64,000 nucleotides of DNA, taken from assembly GCA_951406725.2 (NCBI GenBank), contig OX597821.1:42532001-42596000 (forward strand), given 5' to 3'. Position 1 is the first letter of the stretch; each line of letters starts with the position of its first letter. Positions 39,499-52,797 of this stretch are shown one piece after another. The notes beneath the pieces were generated by a model. The model made no database searches and was not told the DNA's origin. It saw only the letters and a list, made by a program, of their open reading frames with translations. Position numbers and translations under genes: made by a program. The DNA is from Octopus vulgaris. Lineage: Eukaryota.

Positions 39499-39960
39499 TG
39501 TAGTGATCCTATATAACGGTGCGCGCTCGCGCACCGTCCATTTCTGTTTCGCGCGTGCAGGGTTGGTGCTTTCACCACCGGAAGAAGGACCATTTACCTA
39601 CGTGGCAGTTTAGCCGCGAGGCAAGGGGAGCGTAGGACGTTGACCACCAGCGTCCAGTAGGCAGTGACTTGAGACACAGCTATCGAAGGAACAGGACGTG
39701 TATTCTCTCTCTGTCCGGATTTGATATAGCAGCAACCTTTACCAAAAGACTTTTAACCAGCATTTGTTGCAGACATCATCTTCTTCCTACGGACGCGATT
39801 TTTGACCAGTGTCGTTTGCATTTGAAGACTGTAAATTCTACAGCGATAAAGTTCAGCTCTGACACATCCATAAAAAAGGGATACCAGATACACCACTTAT
39901 TTGTTACTGTCATAAGAGAATAAAGTAGATATATATTTTTTACGTCTGCGTCTTGTTGTT
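39499..39960 (+). mobile_element. Possible LTR-like sequence
   Basis: Starts TGTAGTG, CpG-rich body and AATAAA near 39918. The 3' CA end and TSD were not identified. Confidence 0.3.
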
Positions 39961-40201
39961 TCTGACTGGTAGAATCTGGATTATTAAAAAAGCAACGGAT
40001 AGTGATTGCACCAACTGCACCCCAAAAGTGAAGAGAAGACGTTCACTGTCGTTTCAAAGTTGACTTTGTCTTTTGACATTCAGAGATCGATAAAACAAGT
40101 ACTATTCAATTACTCTTGTCAAGAGACTCCATCAATTTCTTGTCTTGTGAATATGCAAGAAATCGTTATACAAAAAAGTATACCCACCGAATAATTCTTC
40201 T

Positions 40202-40264
<63 letters not shown>

Positions 40265-40796
40265 ATACTGTATCTCAAAACAAATCTTTTCATGTCGAGA
40301 TATTATTACGTTCACACAAATACACACACAATCACACGTTTCTAAGTCTAATTAATTAGTTGATTCATTAATCGATTAACTGAATGTCTAAATAAATTAG
40401 TTTCTTCTGCAGTACTGTATTACTGTATTTCTTCAAGTAAAACCGCAGTTTCATCTGATCTTTTGTGTTCAGAATTTTTATTCAACTAAATAACCAGTCC
40501 TTAACATTGAACATCTACGCAACCCAACCTTAAATAGCCTTCATTGTTATGTAAAATCAAATTATTGTATGTAAAACTGACACCTCCGGGAAATAAACTG
40601 ATTCATTTTTTTCTTTTTCTATTTTTTTTTTTTTGTTATTCAAGTCACAATCCTTATCAATGGCCTCGAATGTCATTAAAAAAACTTAAGATCCTAAGTT
40701 TGTATTTCGTTCGCTATCATTATTTGTGTCATTGTGTATTTGATCTGTATGAGCTAGTTTATTCTGTTCCCGTTTTAGTACCACAGTAATAATATT

Positions 40797-41154
40797 ACAA
40801 TTGCAGCGTGGAAGGTGTTTATAAGCCATTTAAGAAACACACAAAAGCCGTTCGATTCACTTCAACATTTAAGTTTAATTTGTCAAAATATTTTCGTCGC
40901 TAAAATCCGCGACCTGTTCACTGACAAAAATCCGTGCTGCATCTCTGCCAGTTCTTGTAGACAGTACAAGTGGCTTGGAGGACCACCACCGTCTCCTCCA
41001 AGCCCAGCAGAATAGCGTCCACTAGCCAGGCTACAGAAATGCAAACCCTGTGTGTTTCTTAAATGGCTTATAAACACCTTCCACGCTGCAATTGTTTTCG
41101 TTTCAGCACACGATCTCAGATCAAATTACTCGCTATGCGAGTACATCTCCGTAA
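40797..41154. mobile_element. Fold-back repeat (PLE-type 3' end family), copy 2, with a hammerhead-like motif and captured LINE sequence
   Basis: ~47-bp inverted arms at 40797 and ~41049-41095; same tail as the 31711 copy. Confidence 0.75.
40879..40928 (-). ncRNA. Hammerhead-like motif with G3:C8 core variant
   Basis: Minus strand: TTTGTCA-GTGAACA-G-GTCGC-ggatttta-GCGAC-GAAA-ATAT-TT-TGACAAA. Perfect 7-bp stem I and 5-bp stem II. Confidence 0.55.
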
Positions 41155-41346
41155 TTCAAAAAAAAGTAATAATATTATTTCTTGCTTAAAATATATAAAC
41201 CTACAAATCTGTAGCAAGGCTTTCACCAAGTTTCGAATCATCACGCCCTAACTATATTTTCATAAACGGTAAGACCAGCTACGCATGAAAGAATTTGTTC
41301 AGATTCTTATACAACTCCAAATACTAAATCAGTATTTCACTCTCCT

Positions 41347-41560
41347 AAGGTGGCGAGCTGGCAAAATCGTTAGCACGCCGGGCAAAATGTTTAGTTGCAT
41401 TACGTCCGTCTTTACGTTCTGAGTTCAAATCCTGCCGAGGTCCACTTTGACTTTCATCTTTTCGGGCTCGATAAAATGCGTACCAGTTAAAAACTGGGTC
41501 GATGTAATCAACTTACCCCTCCCCTGAAATTGCTGGCCTTGTGTCAAAATTTAAAATCAA
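41347..41560 (+). mobile_element. SINE family A copy
   Basis: AAGGTGGCGAGCTGGCAAAATCGTTAGCACGCCGGGC...GAGTTCAAATCC. Confidence 0.85.
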
Positions 41561-41829
41561 TATTTCATCCTCCTTCCGGCATTATTTTGATAGACTGGAT
41601 TAGCACATCATCAGATAGAGATTTCTTTCTGAAGAAAGAGAAATTGTATTATAAATACACCAATGAACCTTTTAGGATGTACAAGTTTCCATAGAGAAAA
41701 AAACAAATGTTTCAGAGACAGTGGCGGCTCGTAGATAAAATTATTTGGGTGCTGCATCAGAAAATTTCTAGCTGTTGTTTTAATATTGTTCTCCTTATTT
41801 GAAGCGGGCAGCGGTGTTTGAAAAAAAAA

Positions 41830-42990
41830 AACATGATGAATTATGGGAATTTCAGATCCTTAGAGTTCACTTCTTCGGAAGAGGAATTGATAAAAACCCT
41901 GGACATTGCAGACATAAAGATGGATTTCGCAACGGTAGCCAGAAGTCACCAAAAACAAATTAATTTGGAAGAAATCGGCAAACATAAGGAGATATTAAGA
42001 AGGGACGGACACAATGTGAAGGTGTCTCCTCCCTAAAATGCAATACAAAGTGAGAAAGAAAAAATAATTATTTACAGAACATTTTCCGTAAAGAACAGAA
42101 AAATTGGGGTAATGACGGGCGCACAAATTGAAAGGGTGTTAAAGCCAATATGGAGAGAGATTGTTTACTTCAACAGAGGCGAAAATTTGGAACTGTAGAG
42201 GTGCGGTTCCGAGATGCAGCGACCCCTTTAAAAACGGAGGAGGTAGTAGTGCTTCTACCCATATACCTTGGAAGACATAACCCCAGAAATAGATGTAGCC
42301 TGGCTTGTGGACGCTATTCTGCTGGGCTTGGAGGAGAAGGTGGTGGTCCTCCAAGCCACTTGTACTGTCTACAAGAATTGGCAGAGGCAAGGTCTTGATA
42401 TGTTGATCCAGGCTGCCCCAGAAGACCTAGAAAAAATGATAAAGGCTATAACGATTGAAGGGTCACATTAGGGTAGACTGTCCTCCACCACCCGCAGAAA
42501 TGCAAACCAGGCCCGTGAGCGGAAAGGAAGCCGCACCTCCGTCTCTGGCAGTAACCAGTGGGGAAACAGAGTTAGGTGAAAATAAAGAGAAAGACGAATG
42601 GGAAAAGGTGGGAAAAAGGAGAAAGAAAAGGAGGAAAACATCCTGTGAGTGATGAGCCCCATCCCACATCCACCTGACTCCCACCCAAACCCACTCTGCA
42701 TCAACCTTCCCCTGCAGACACCAATCCTCTCCCCGTCCCATCCGACACGGAAAAAATGTGCACATGCACACAGGAACCCTAAATTTCCCAACCCCTGCTA
42801 TGTAAGAAAAGTAAAGAAATAAAGTACATCGTGTTTTACGAGGAAGCAAATACCAAACTTATGAATGAAATCTTTTGTTGAGACAAGACAATATATGTGA
42901 ACACATATCTTTGTGAGGAGGTGTCCAGGAATTTGGGTTGCATTATAGTCGACCCTCTATATGAGGAGCGACTAAAGGAATATGAAGAGA
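41830..42990 (+). mobile_element. LINE (Tx1/L1-like) ORF1/gag-like relic
   Basis: RKFGTVEVRF, a zinc-knuckle remnant KGHIRVDCP and a basic WEKVGKRRKKRR stretch, with frameshifts. Confidence 0.6.
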
Positions 42991-44299
42991 ACATTAACAC
43001 TTAAAGCGCAACGAGCCACGATCGTGGCCGTCAGGCACAGGTCGACAGGCCACGATCGGGGCCCAGATAGATGCATTTAATTTATGGGCGTTTATGGGGC
43101 TCTAATGTCACTTAAACGCTCCGGTACCCCTCCACACACACAACCACACACACACAGAATGACTTTACAGATGATGTAAAACTTGCCACTGTCATACACT
43201 AAGAAGATATTTTAACTAATTTTTATTTTTTATGTGTGCATGGTAGTCTCATTTTCATAAAATGTGCTCAGCAGTCCATGCTATGTGAGTACGAATTCCA
43301 GTGCTTTATAGGTTAAATACGTAGCAAAGAATGCCCACAATGGTGAGTCTATTGAAATTAAAAGAAAACTTTAATATAAACATTTTACAATGTTTAACAG
43401 TTTAAAATTTCTTTTTAATAAAAGAAAAAAGTATGTTTGGAAGGTTAAATGAAGGCGCCCGGACGTGGGGTCGAGTGTCATCATTTCATTACTCATTTTA
43501 TTTTATTTTCATACATCCTTCCATCCGTTTTTGTGTCCCCACTTTCATTGTACCGTCCTGTTTGTTTACGTATTGTCCCCTCTATATTTAACCCTCTGTG
43601 GGCAATAAAGATAAAGTTGCTTTAATATTGTGTAAAAGGAAATAAATATATAGAAAGAAAATTTATGCATAAAGTTGATCGGTTTACTTTTATCCACTGC
43701 CGGGTAGTGTTTAATTTGTTCACTGAACACCGCCGCGAATTCCCCCTTGTTTTTCAAAAATTCCCCCTAAATCATAAAATAGGTGAGGGGGAATGTGTCC
43801 TATTTTTCAAATCCTGGCAGCAGTACTGAATCTGGAAGCAGGATAATAATTCAATTCTAATTTTATCACATTCAAGAATATAAACACGTTTTTAAACACA
43901 ATACACATGGAGTCAAAAAGAAACACTACCTTCCACCAGAGCACCAGGGTCGGCACTGTCGCTCACGCAGTGCTCTTTCTCGCTCGGACATGTGAGCATG
44001 CGCACAACAGCCAAACACCGCATCGCTGGAACTGTGAAGGGCACAGTTCTATACAAGGATTTTTGTATTTTTTTCATAAACTAGATGATGGCTACTGACA
44101 TTAAACTTAAGGATTATATAATATACAAGTATAAAGAAAGAATTAAAGAAAAAAGGACTCATTATATTGAATGTTATCGATAATATCGAGTGCAAATAGG
44201 GGGTGCTGCAGTTCCACAGTGCCAATACACGAGCCGCCACTGTTCAGAGGGTAAATGAATATATTTTTTACTTGTTTAATCTAGAGGTAGGGGTATTGC

Positions 44300-46060
44300 C
44301 CATAACCTATGTAGCACCCCACCCCCAAGACAGATCTTGATGCTGTTAATGTTCCGTTTAAACTGTAGCAGTTCAACACCTGCAGAAAGACATGAGCAGG
44401 GAGATTCCAGAAGGCTGATGTTCTGCGACGAAAGGACTGGGTGTATTGGTTAGTGTGGGACCAATGGGATTGGATGCACCAGAAGTGATGAGGAGTAGAA
44501 TGACGACTGGATCGAGATTGCTTGAGTGGTGGAGGTACGAGATCAGCTATCTCGTAGGAACATAGGCCATTATAGTAGCAATAAAAGAGAGAGAGGAAAA
44601 TCAGCATGTTTGTGGGTTAGAGGCTGGCGTGTGTCCATTAGTAATTAAATTTCAATTAGTCAAGCAGCCCTTCCCTGGATGCAACCCAGGGATGGCTGTG
44701 TGCGTAGTAGCATTGTGCCAGATGTGGGAGCAGTGCTCTGTTATGGAATCACTTCATTTTCTCAAGACGTTCGCTTATAGAATCAATGTAGGTTTGTCAT
44801 TATGTCTTGATGATGCTGGGTGTTGAAATATTTGCTGACCCTGAAGAGAAGGGTCAATTTTGGGGATGCGGTCCAAGCTATGCTAAGATGTGCCTTTGCT
44901 TGGAGAAATCCTTAGTGATTGGGGGGTCTCTCATTTGGAGTGACTATGAAAGCTCTCACTGAGAGATGCTCACATTCGGTGGAAGTGTGAGGCAGTTATA
45001 TTTTTCTTGATATGAGTATTGCTTAAGATTTTTGCAGTTAAAAGATACAAGGATGGCATGGATCTACTGAAAGATTTTCTCAAAACTTCTACTTAAAGAA
45101 TCGATGTAGATTTGTGATTGTGTTCGGATGATACATGTTTAGAGTAAGTTAGGGAGGAATGAGGGGTTGTGTTGTCTGCATAAGAATGGGCGTTGTTAGA
45201 TGTAAGTAGGAAGAAAGTAGAGCCAAAACGAAAACCTGGGGAAGATGAGAATGAATTGAGACTGGAGCAGAAAGATTCTGTCAATTTATGCTTTGATAGT
45301 GCGATCAGAAAGAGTTGAGAGATGGATTGAGACCGAAGGCGAGAGGTTTTAGTGGGAGATATTTGAATGCCAGATACAGTTGAAGGCTTTGCTGATGTCT
45401 AGGGCAACATCGTTGTTTTCGCCGAACTTCTCTAAAGGAAGAGCCCACTGGTGAATGACATTAGAGAGTTGATCGCCAGTGGATCTGGCTCTGCTGAAGT
45501 CGTACTGGTGATCACTGAGAGGGATCGAGGCGTGAGAAGGTCAGCTTTAATGGCTGTCACTATTACTTTTAGAGATATTTGAGATGAGAGCAAAAAGGTC
45601 CCAGTTGACTGGGTCATAAGGGTTGGTTTTCTTTGATCTGAATCGTGCTTCCAAATGCCAGGGTATATTTCCGTAAAGAGCGAGATATTAATTAGTTTGG
45701 TAAGTATATGAGCAAGTTCTGCGATACAGCGCTCGAATGAACTAAAAGAGACAATGTCAGAGCCAGAGGCCTAGTTTATTTGAAGCAACCGGGAGTATTT
45801 CCACACTTGGCGTGTGTGTACAGGGTGAGGAGCCTGGTGGAGTGGAACGAGCAAGATTTGGAGCGGCTTAGTTTGGGTATTGTGAAGTTAGCTGAAGAGC
45901 AGGCGGCGAAGATGGAAGCTTTCTCCATATGGTTATTGCATTTAGAGCCATCATTGTTTAGAATAGGAGAAAAAGAGGACTCCGCAAAGTTGGAAAAGAT
46001 TCTTTTAGGATTGGTTGTAGTCTTGGAGGAAGGGATACCTTAAAGATCGTATAATGCACG
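44300..46060 (-). mobile_element. Degenerate CR1/Jockey-group LINE ORF2 (RT)
   Basis: Minus-strand VALDISKAFN.IW (~45360-45415), HSYADNTT (YADD relic) and C-terminal LFY.YYNG.CS.EIA..VPP..RTS.FWN.LP..VF. Confidence 0.75.
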
Positions 46061-46819
46061 GAGGCGTCCTTTACATACAATCTAGATGTCTCACAAATGT
46101 TGCAAATATTTGTTGGAAATGACATGGATCATGTTACTATTTATCAAGATGGAGACAGCATTGCAGTTAGAACTGTTTAAAATAAACATATCAAGGTAGA
46201 AACTGTCATAAAAATGTTGGAACTATCAAATGTTGGGACTCAAGAGAGCTAAGTATACCTTAGAGATTATTGAATTGTTGCTTGAAGGATGAAGATAAAA
46301 GAGGATATATCGCTAGATTATCATTTAGTAATGAGAATAATGGATGTAAAAAATCATCAATAAATCAAAAGCAATTAAAATATGTTTTCAGACATGTCAA
46401 TTTGTATGGGAGATATATTGATCCCTATCGAAACAGTATATCATAGCTTTCATCACTTCGCAAACGTGGTGTCCTATTTGCCCGACAACAAAAAGCATTT
46501 GAAAATATAAAACTGAATGAGCCAAGCCTAAACATCCAAAGACGGCAAAGCTTGGCTTATTCTCATGAATAGCGATCCATTATAATTAGGCTCAATTAGC
46601 ATGTAAAACACGCAATTCTGACGACATTAAATATAATAACATTACGAGGACGCTAGAGATATTTTTTCTCTTTTGTCAATTTGCTATCACGTTGTCATTT
46701 CTTTTATTCCAAGTAATTAATATCATTTTTGAGCAAAGAATATTTTTATTTGCATTATCTATATGCATTAATGGAAAAAATAAATATGAATTTTTGATCT
46801 TGTTGATTAATTAACCAGT

Positions 46820-47460
46820 GCCGTTTACATATATAATCGTATGAAAAGATAAAGAATAAAAATAGGAGCAGGAAATAATAAAGACAAAATAGAAAATAAT
46901 TGAAAAATAATCAAAAAACAAAACGAGAAAGATTGAATGAAAATGAATGACTTGAAGGTGAAAGAATCAATACAGCGATTGGAAAGAGAATGAACGAAAA
47001 ACAAGGAAGGATTCGAAAAAGAAAAGCAAAAACAAATGAAAACAAAAGATAAAAGAAAAAGAATATAAACACGAACAAGATTGAACGAAAATAAAAGAAA
47101 AAAATAATTGAGATGGAAAAGACAAAAGAGAAAAAAGGAAAAAAAAACAAAGAGAAACATTTTTTGAAAAATGTCAATGAATAACAAAAAAACGAACCGA
47201 AATGCACGAATGAAAAATTATAAAATTAATGAAATAACAGCAAAGATAGATGAGAGGAAGATGGAGAAAGCTAGAGAAGAGAGAAATAGAAAGAAAACAA
47301 TACAGATCGAATAGGAATGGAAAATAATTAGTTAAAGAAATCTAGTACAATAGGAAAGCTAAAGAATAAGGAAGGGTAGAAAGCTAGTAGAGAAAAAAAT
47401 TAGCAAATAAAAATATAGATAAAAAGATGAATTAAAAATTAAAATTAAAGTAAAATGTGA
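46820..47460 (+). repeat. A/purine-rich low-complexity tract
   Basis: Read directly from the sequence; it generates Phe/Leu-rich artefact ORFs on the minus strand. Confidence 0.8.
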
Positions 47461-47556
47461 TATAAATTTCTTTTAAATTCAAAAAGACTTGGTCATAGCA
47501 TATCCGTATTTCGTTTGTGAAGCCAGTGGTAGTTTTGTAGCAACCCCACTTCTGCC

Positions 47557-47658
47557 TATATATATCACGTGTCGCACCGAGTGCACATTGTTAGACCTAG
47601 TATCCGTTGCCGGTTCTCTTATTCAACCCGTTTGCAGACCTCGTTCTCTCAGGTAAAA
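47557..47658 (+). promoter_or_regulatory. Candidate TATA promoter and non-coding first exon of a plus-strand gene
   Basis: TATATATA at 47557, E-box CACGTG, Inr-like CATT with its A at 47587 (30 nt downstream), CpG-rich segment ending CAG|GTAAAA at 47652/47653, then T-rich intron-like sequence. Confidence 0.45.
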
Positions 47659-49799
47659 TTCACTTCTATTTTTATTATTCTCTAGTTGTCATTTTTTTCT
47701 TTATGTTATTCTATTTTAATTATATATATATATGTTTTATATATTGCTATTAAATTTCGCGTTTTTTTTTTTTAAAAAACTTTCCTATAAGCTAGCTTGT
47801 TTGTATTTAATAATTTTATGGAGGCGTCATTGAAAAGACATTTATAGTTATATAAACCCTACTCGCTCACGTCGTATTATACAATTTCTCTGTAGAATTC
47901 AAAATCCCTTTCATAAAGAGTGAGCATATTTGAAGGAAAAAGAATTTTTTTTCTAAGTATCAGTACTATCATTTTGTAAAGGCCGCTATTAATTGAATTC
48001 AGCTCAGCCAATTTTTTTTCTACAGGAAAGATAGAAGTATAATTTCTTTTTTTTTTTTTCTCCCCCTTTTCTTGTGCCGCTTCTCTTTATATTTATTGTA
48101 TACATAGAAACTCCTCACAACATGAAGTTTAATAATTTTATAGGAGGAAATAGCAAACTGTGACATGTCTTTTCAACGAGTATTAATGTAAATAATCATA
48201 CTCGAAATTTATTCTGAAAGAGCTTATCCCTTTTTATGAAGTCCCTCAGATAATTCTATACTGAAGGGCCATAAGTCTCGCTCTTCTCACATGTCCACTC
48301 CTTCCCTTAAAGCCTTTGTCTTGAATCTTTTTTATACGCGGCACCTCCCACTCCTACATTAATACGGAACAGTTTTTGTCCCTTAATCATGTGTTCTAGG
48401 GCTGGAGCTAGTTTTTCATAGCTTTTGGAGGAAAGGGCTGTATATAATTATGGCTAGCAAATTAATCCTTTACACTCTTCGTATGAATAATGAGAAGAGT
48501 GTGGGTGTTGCGACATTTGTGCCTTGCTCCGCATTTGTAAAATATTTATTGTATTCTCATTTCTTTCGGCTTTTAAAAAATTTTTATAAAACCGAACCAG
48601 ATATATAAAATTTAATCACTTATCAAAATAATGTCGAAATCGAACACAATTCAATTTCAGAGGACTTAATTTAAAACCGCGCACTAATTCGATAGCTCGG
48701 AAGTATCACTTTTCTAACGAGCAAGTACCTGTTTTCAAACCCGCCCCTTTGGGTTGCAATATCTTTTTAAAGAAAGGCATGAAGGTCATATAATTATCAG
48801 TCACCTATCCTACATCGAATTGTTCTTGCGGCTCTCAGATACTTAAAAGTAAAATATTTTAATTTGATCTCTGGCAACGATACTTGCCTGGATGGAAAGT
48901 TCTAGATCGCTAACTTCGGACAGCGTGTGAGTTGGGCCGCTCTCGTCCTTTTCTCTTATCTACTTTTCATTTTTTTTTTTCTTTTTAGACCATAAAGCTG
49001 GTCTTAAATTGAAAAGGAGCACGTGTCAAGTTTCTTTTTTCCTTTTTTTTTTTATATAAAAAAATGTTTTTTTATTAGTATACCTATTAATAAACCGTAT
49101 TCCGATTTCTTTTGAACATCAGATTTATTATCTGCAAAATAAATAAAAATCAATTGAAATAAAAAGAAAAAATTGATTTTTTTTTTTTCCATAAATGAGA
49201 TTTGGGTGGGAGCTTACAACTGCAGAACATTTTAATTTCGATTGCGTTAGAATTGTATGAAATGGTTGCATTTTAAGAGATAAGGATGAAAATGTAATTA
49301 CAAATAGAAACAAACCTTCTACAGTTCAAATGCAAACGAAATGTATTTAAATAACAAAAGAAGTGCAATTACAGTTGCTGTAAATTTCTTATCAGTTTTG
49401 GGGTAATTTTAAAACTAAGATAAATACTAGATGATAGACGGATAAGAGCTGAGCATGAATATTTATATATCTAATTTTATAAAAACGTAATTTTGTAAAT
49501 GCTGGGATATACCGTGCGCAGTTTTTTCTCCTTACATTGGACTTGTCAACACTGACCTGCTCATCTTACGAGACGACCTTCATAATTAATCCTGGAATTG
49601 AGTGCAACTCCAGTTTGACTATTTTAAAAGTGATCTACTGTTGCAATTGAGTTGTAATTTTGTGCGTATTTAAGATGGGAATAAGAATTCGGCCGCAATT
49701 TTTAATAGATCGAAGTGGGCTCAGTTTTATAGTGAGGTAGAACAGAAGTTAGTCAATATTTTTTTATTAGAGTAAAATTGGGCATACCTAGGAAAGTGG

Positions 49800-51272
49800 G
49801 TCCAATATAAAGACCTTCACCCGAGAGCAAAAAAAATAATAAACTAACCTGTGTGGAAAACGAATAAGAAAAAAATGCGCGTTGACGACCCTGGGTGGGG
49901 AGGGGGCTTTCGGAATATTCACAAGATTCGATTTTTCCGTCATAACTTCCGGTAAAATGGATATTTTTTTACCGGAATCCCACGTTTTTGGTTATTGAGG
50001 ATCCGATTCCGGAAAAAAGTTTTCAAAGAACGCATTTTCAAAAATTTCAATTACCCACCTCCCATTTTTTTTTTTTTTTTTTTTTTTTTTGCGAAATGCG
50101 TAGAAAAATAAGATTACGATTATGAAAAAAAATTTGTTTTAATCCGTATACTCCGAAATGTGGCCCTTTTAGTTTTCATATTCGTTTTCTACACATTTTT
50201 TGTTTACACCCATTAGCCTTTTTTTCATTTTAGTGACCGGGCCCTGCTGTTATCCTTTTACTAGAACGCATACAAAAACAGACAAAACAACCGTTCACTT
50301 TTCACATTTAGACAGCGGGATGGCTGGGAGATTTTGGGCCGGAGTTTTTCATAAAAAAATTTGTATTATTTTATTCCATATTTTCTCCCACGTAGATTGA
50401 TGGGGGGGGGGATTTTAAGCTTAAAAAAAAACTTTAATTTCACATGAATTACTTTGTCATATTACTGCGGGAAATTACTCAAAGAAATTTTTGTAGAAAG
50501 GTGAGTAGATTACATTGTGACCGCAGTTTTGTGAGATTTGGCTGTTATTTCTAGCATGTGGATAGCCTGCTTGAAGGCCTGAGGGTATATATATTTTGTC
50601 ATTTGACTGCAGCTATGCTGGAGTACCGCCTGTAGTCGAACAAATCAACCCCAGGACTTATTCTTTGTAAGCCTAGTACTTATTCTATCGGTCTCTTTTG
50701 CCGAACCACTGAGTTACGGAGATGAAATCACACCAACATCGATTGTCAAGCGATGGTAGGGGGACAAAAACCGACACACAAACATAAAAATATATACGAC
50801 AGGCTTCTTTCAGTTTCCGTCTACCAAATCCATTCACAAGGCTTTGGTCTGATCTAGTACTAGGCTATATTAGACACTTGCCCAAGGTGCCACGCAGTGG
50901 GACTGAACTGTGTGGTTGGTAAGCACGCTACTTACCACACACTCACTCCTGCGCCTATATTTTTTTATTTTTTGAAAAATTGATATTTTACAAACCAATT
51001 TTTTTCCCGAATCGTAATCTTATTATTCTACGTATTTCGCAAAAAAAAAAAAAAAAAACACTGGGATGGGGAATTGAAATTTTATTTAGAAAAATTTTTT
51101 CGGAATCGGATCCTCCATAACCAAAAACCTGGGATTCCGTAAAAAAAATCGGATCGTGTGAATTTTCCGAAAGTCTCCTCCCCACCCCCAGGGACGTCAG
51201 TGCACGTTTTCATATTCGTTTTCCACACTAGACTGGGTTTTTTTTGTTCCCAGGTGAAGGTCTATATTGACC
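49800..51272. mobile_element. Two oppositely oriented copies of a DNA-transposon-derived repeat with a SINE B between them
   Basis: GTGTGGAAAACGAATA...GGGTGGGGAGG...TTTCGGAA at ~49850-49920 is mirrored at ~51150-51230. A related copy lies at 59120-59896. Confidence 0.65.
50595..50955 (-). mobile_element. SINE family B copy
   Basis: Reverse complement of the GGCGCAGGAGTG..GTGTGGTAAG..CAGTCCCACTGCGTGGCACCTTGGGCAAGTGTC head plus tail. Confidence 0.85.
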
Positions 51273-52797
51273 AGTAAGTGTGCTCCCCCCGACTTTGTTT
51301 TCTCATAACTTCCAGAAGAATGGATATTTTTAATGCAATTTTCTTTCTCAAATGTGCTTCAGATGATGCAGATTTTAGAATGTTGCGGAAAAATTTTTTC
51401 TCCGTGTTAGGAGTTTCTAAAAATTCACAAGCCGGCTTTGTTTCCTCATATCCTTCAGCAAAATGGATATTTTGTGAAATTTTCTACAAATATTTGTCAG
51501 ATGGTGTAGATTAGTTAGATCGGAATTTAATATGGGGTGCAGTTATACATATTGACACGCATCACAATTATATTTTTGTAATTTCAAGTTACATTTTGTG
51601 ATGTGTTAATGTGCGAGCCTGCTGTTTTTTTCCCTTCTTCTCACATCAAACTCCGAAAAAAAATAACCATATTTCTGGAAGTTATAAGGAAAAGTCAGCA
51701 CACCTGTGAACGTAAACAGCTTTCATTTCAGTTAACTTTCTGTATTGAAGACAATAGTAATTTTGAATTATTTTAAGTCACTATTCGACCATCGGCTTTT
51801 TCAACAAATCTAATTTCAGTACTATAGAATAGCGAATGTAGCAATCAATCGTAGAGCTTTGTTCACGAATAGCAACCTTAATCTTTTCAAATGTTGAATA
51901 ACTACCATGCTCATGTATCTTTGAACCACCATTACTCAAAATCATTCAGTTAACTTTTGAAAAAGTCTTGATATTCAATTCTTCCTTAGTAGAGAACCAA
52001 AGGTATTCAATACCCGCGTGGGCTTTAAATATTTACTGGGATTGACCAAATTCTCACTGTGCTTCCCTGTAAAGAAGTGTGGAATGGTCAGTTCTGTGTT
52101 GTGGATTTCTCAAATGAAAATTGCTCGGTTTTTGGTCTACGAGCACTTATAATATTGAGCAGTGTCTGCTCTTCTGCCTTGGCATTTGCCCAAGGAAATG
52201 TTTTTTTTTTTTTTGCTGTCTTATCTTGACTGACAGTCTCCATTGGTCTCTTGCACACTTTGTGGAAATATCTACAATGATTCCACCGATAACTATTTGA
52301 TACCAATAGCATCATTCATTTTCATGGACGTGCACCAATCTGTAACTGATGTGGTTTTGTCCCGTTCGCATTAAACGACTTCAATTTTTTTTTTAAGTCA
52401 TCCTTTCGGCAAAATTTTGCACTATGCTACCCTAGCAATTCTATGAATGATTGGTTCTTAAAACACTTGGCTGCTGTTAATTTGTGAACGTCATCATTCG
52501 ACACGTGACAATTGTTTTTTTTTTTTTTTTTTCTCTCAGGAAACTCGCTTCAAAAACCACTTAATGTTAAAAATCTAAAATCTACAAAAATAATGAAAAA
52601 CTTTTACATACCGATTTTTAAAAAATTTCTGTACTAAAAATAACAGCCAATTCTTTTTCAATGAATACTGATAAATATCTTGAAGGAAGAGAACTAAGCA
52701 AGGAAAAAATGTATTGAATTATAAAAGGAAAAGAAACCATTTTAGTTTACATAGACGTTTATCAATAAATTAAAACACTGACTTGAAAAGGGATCTG

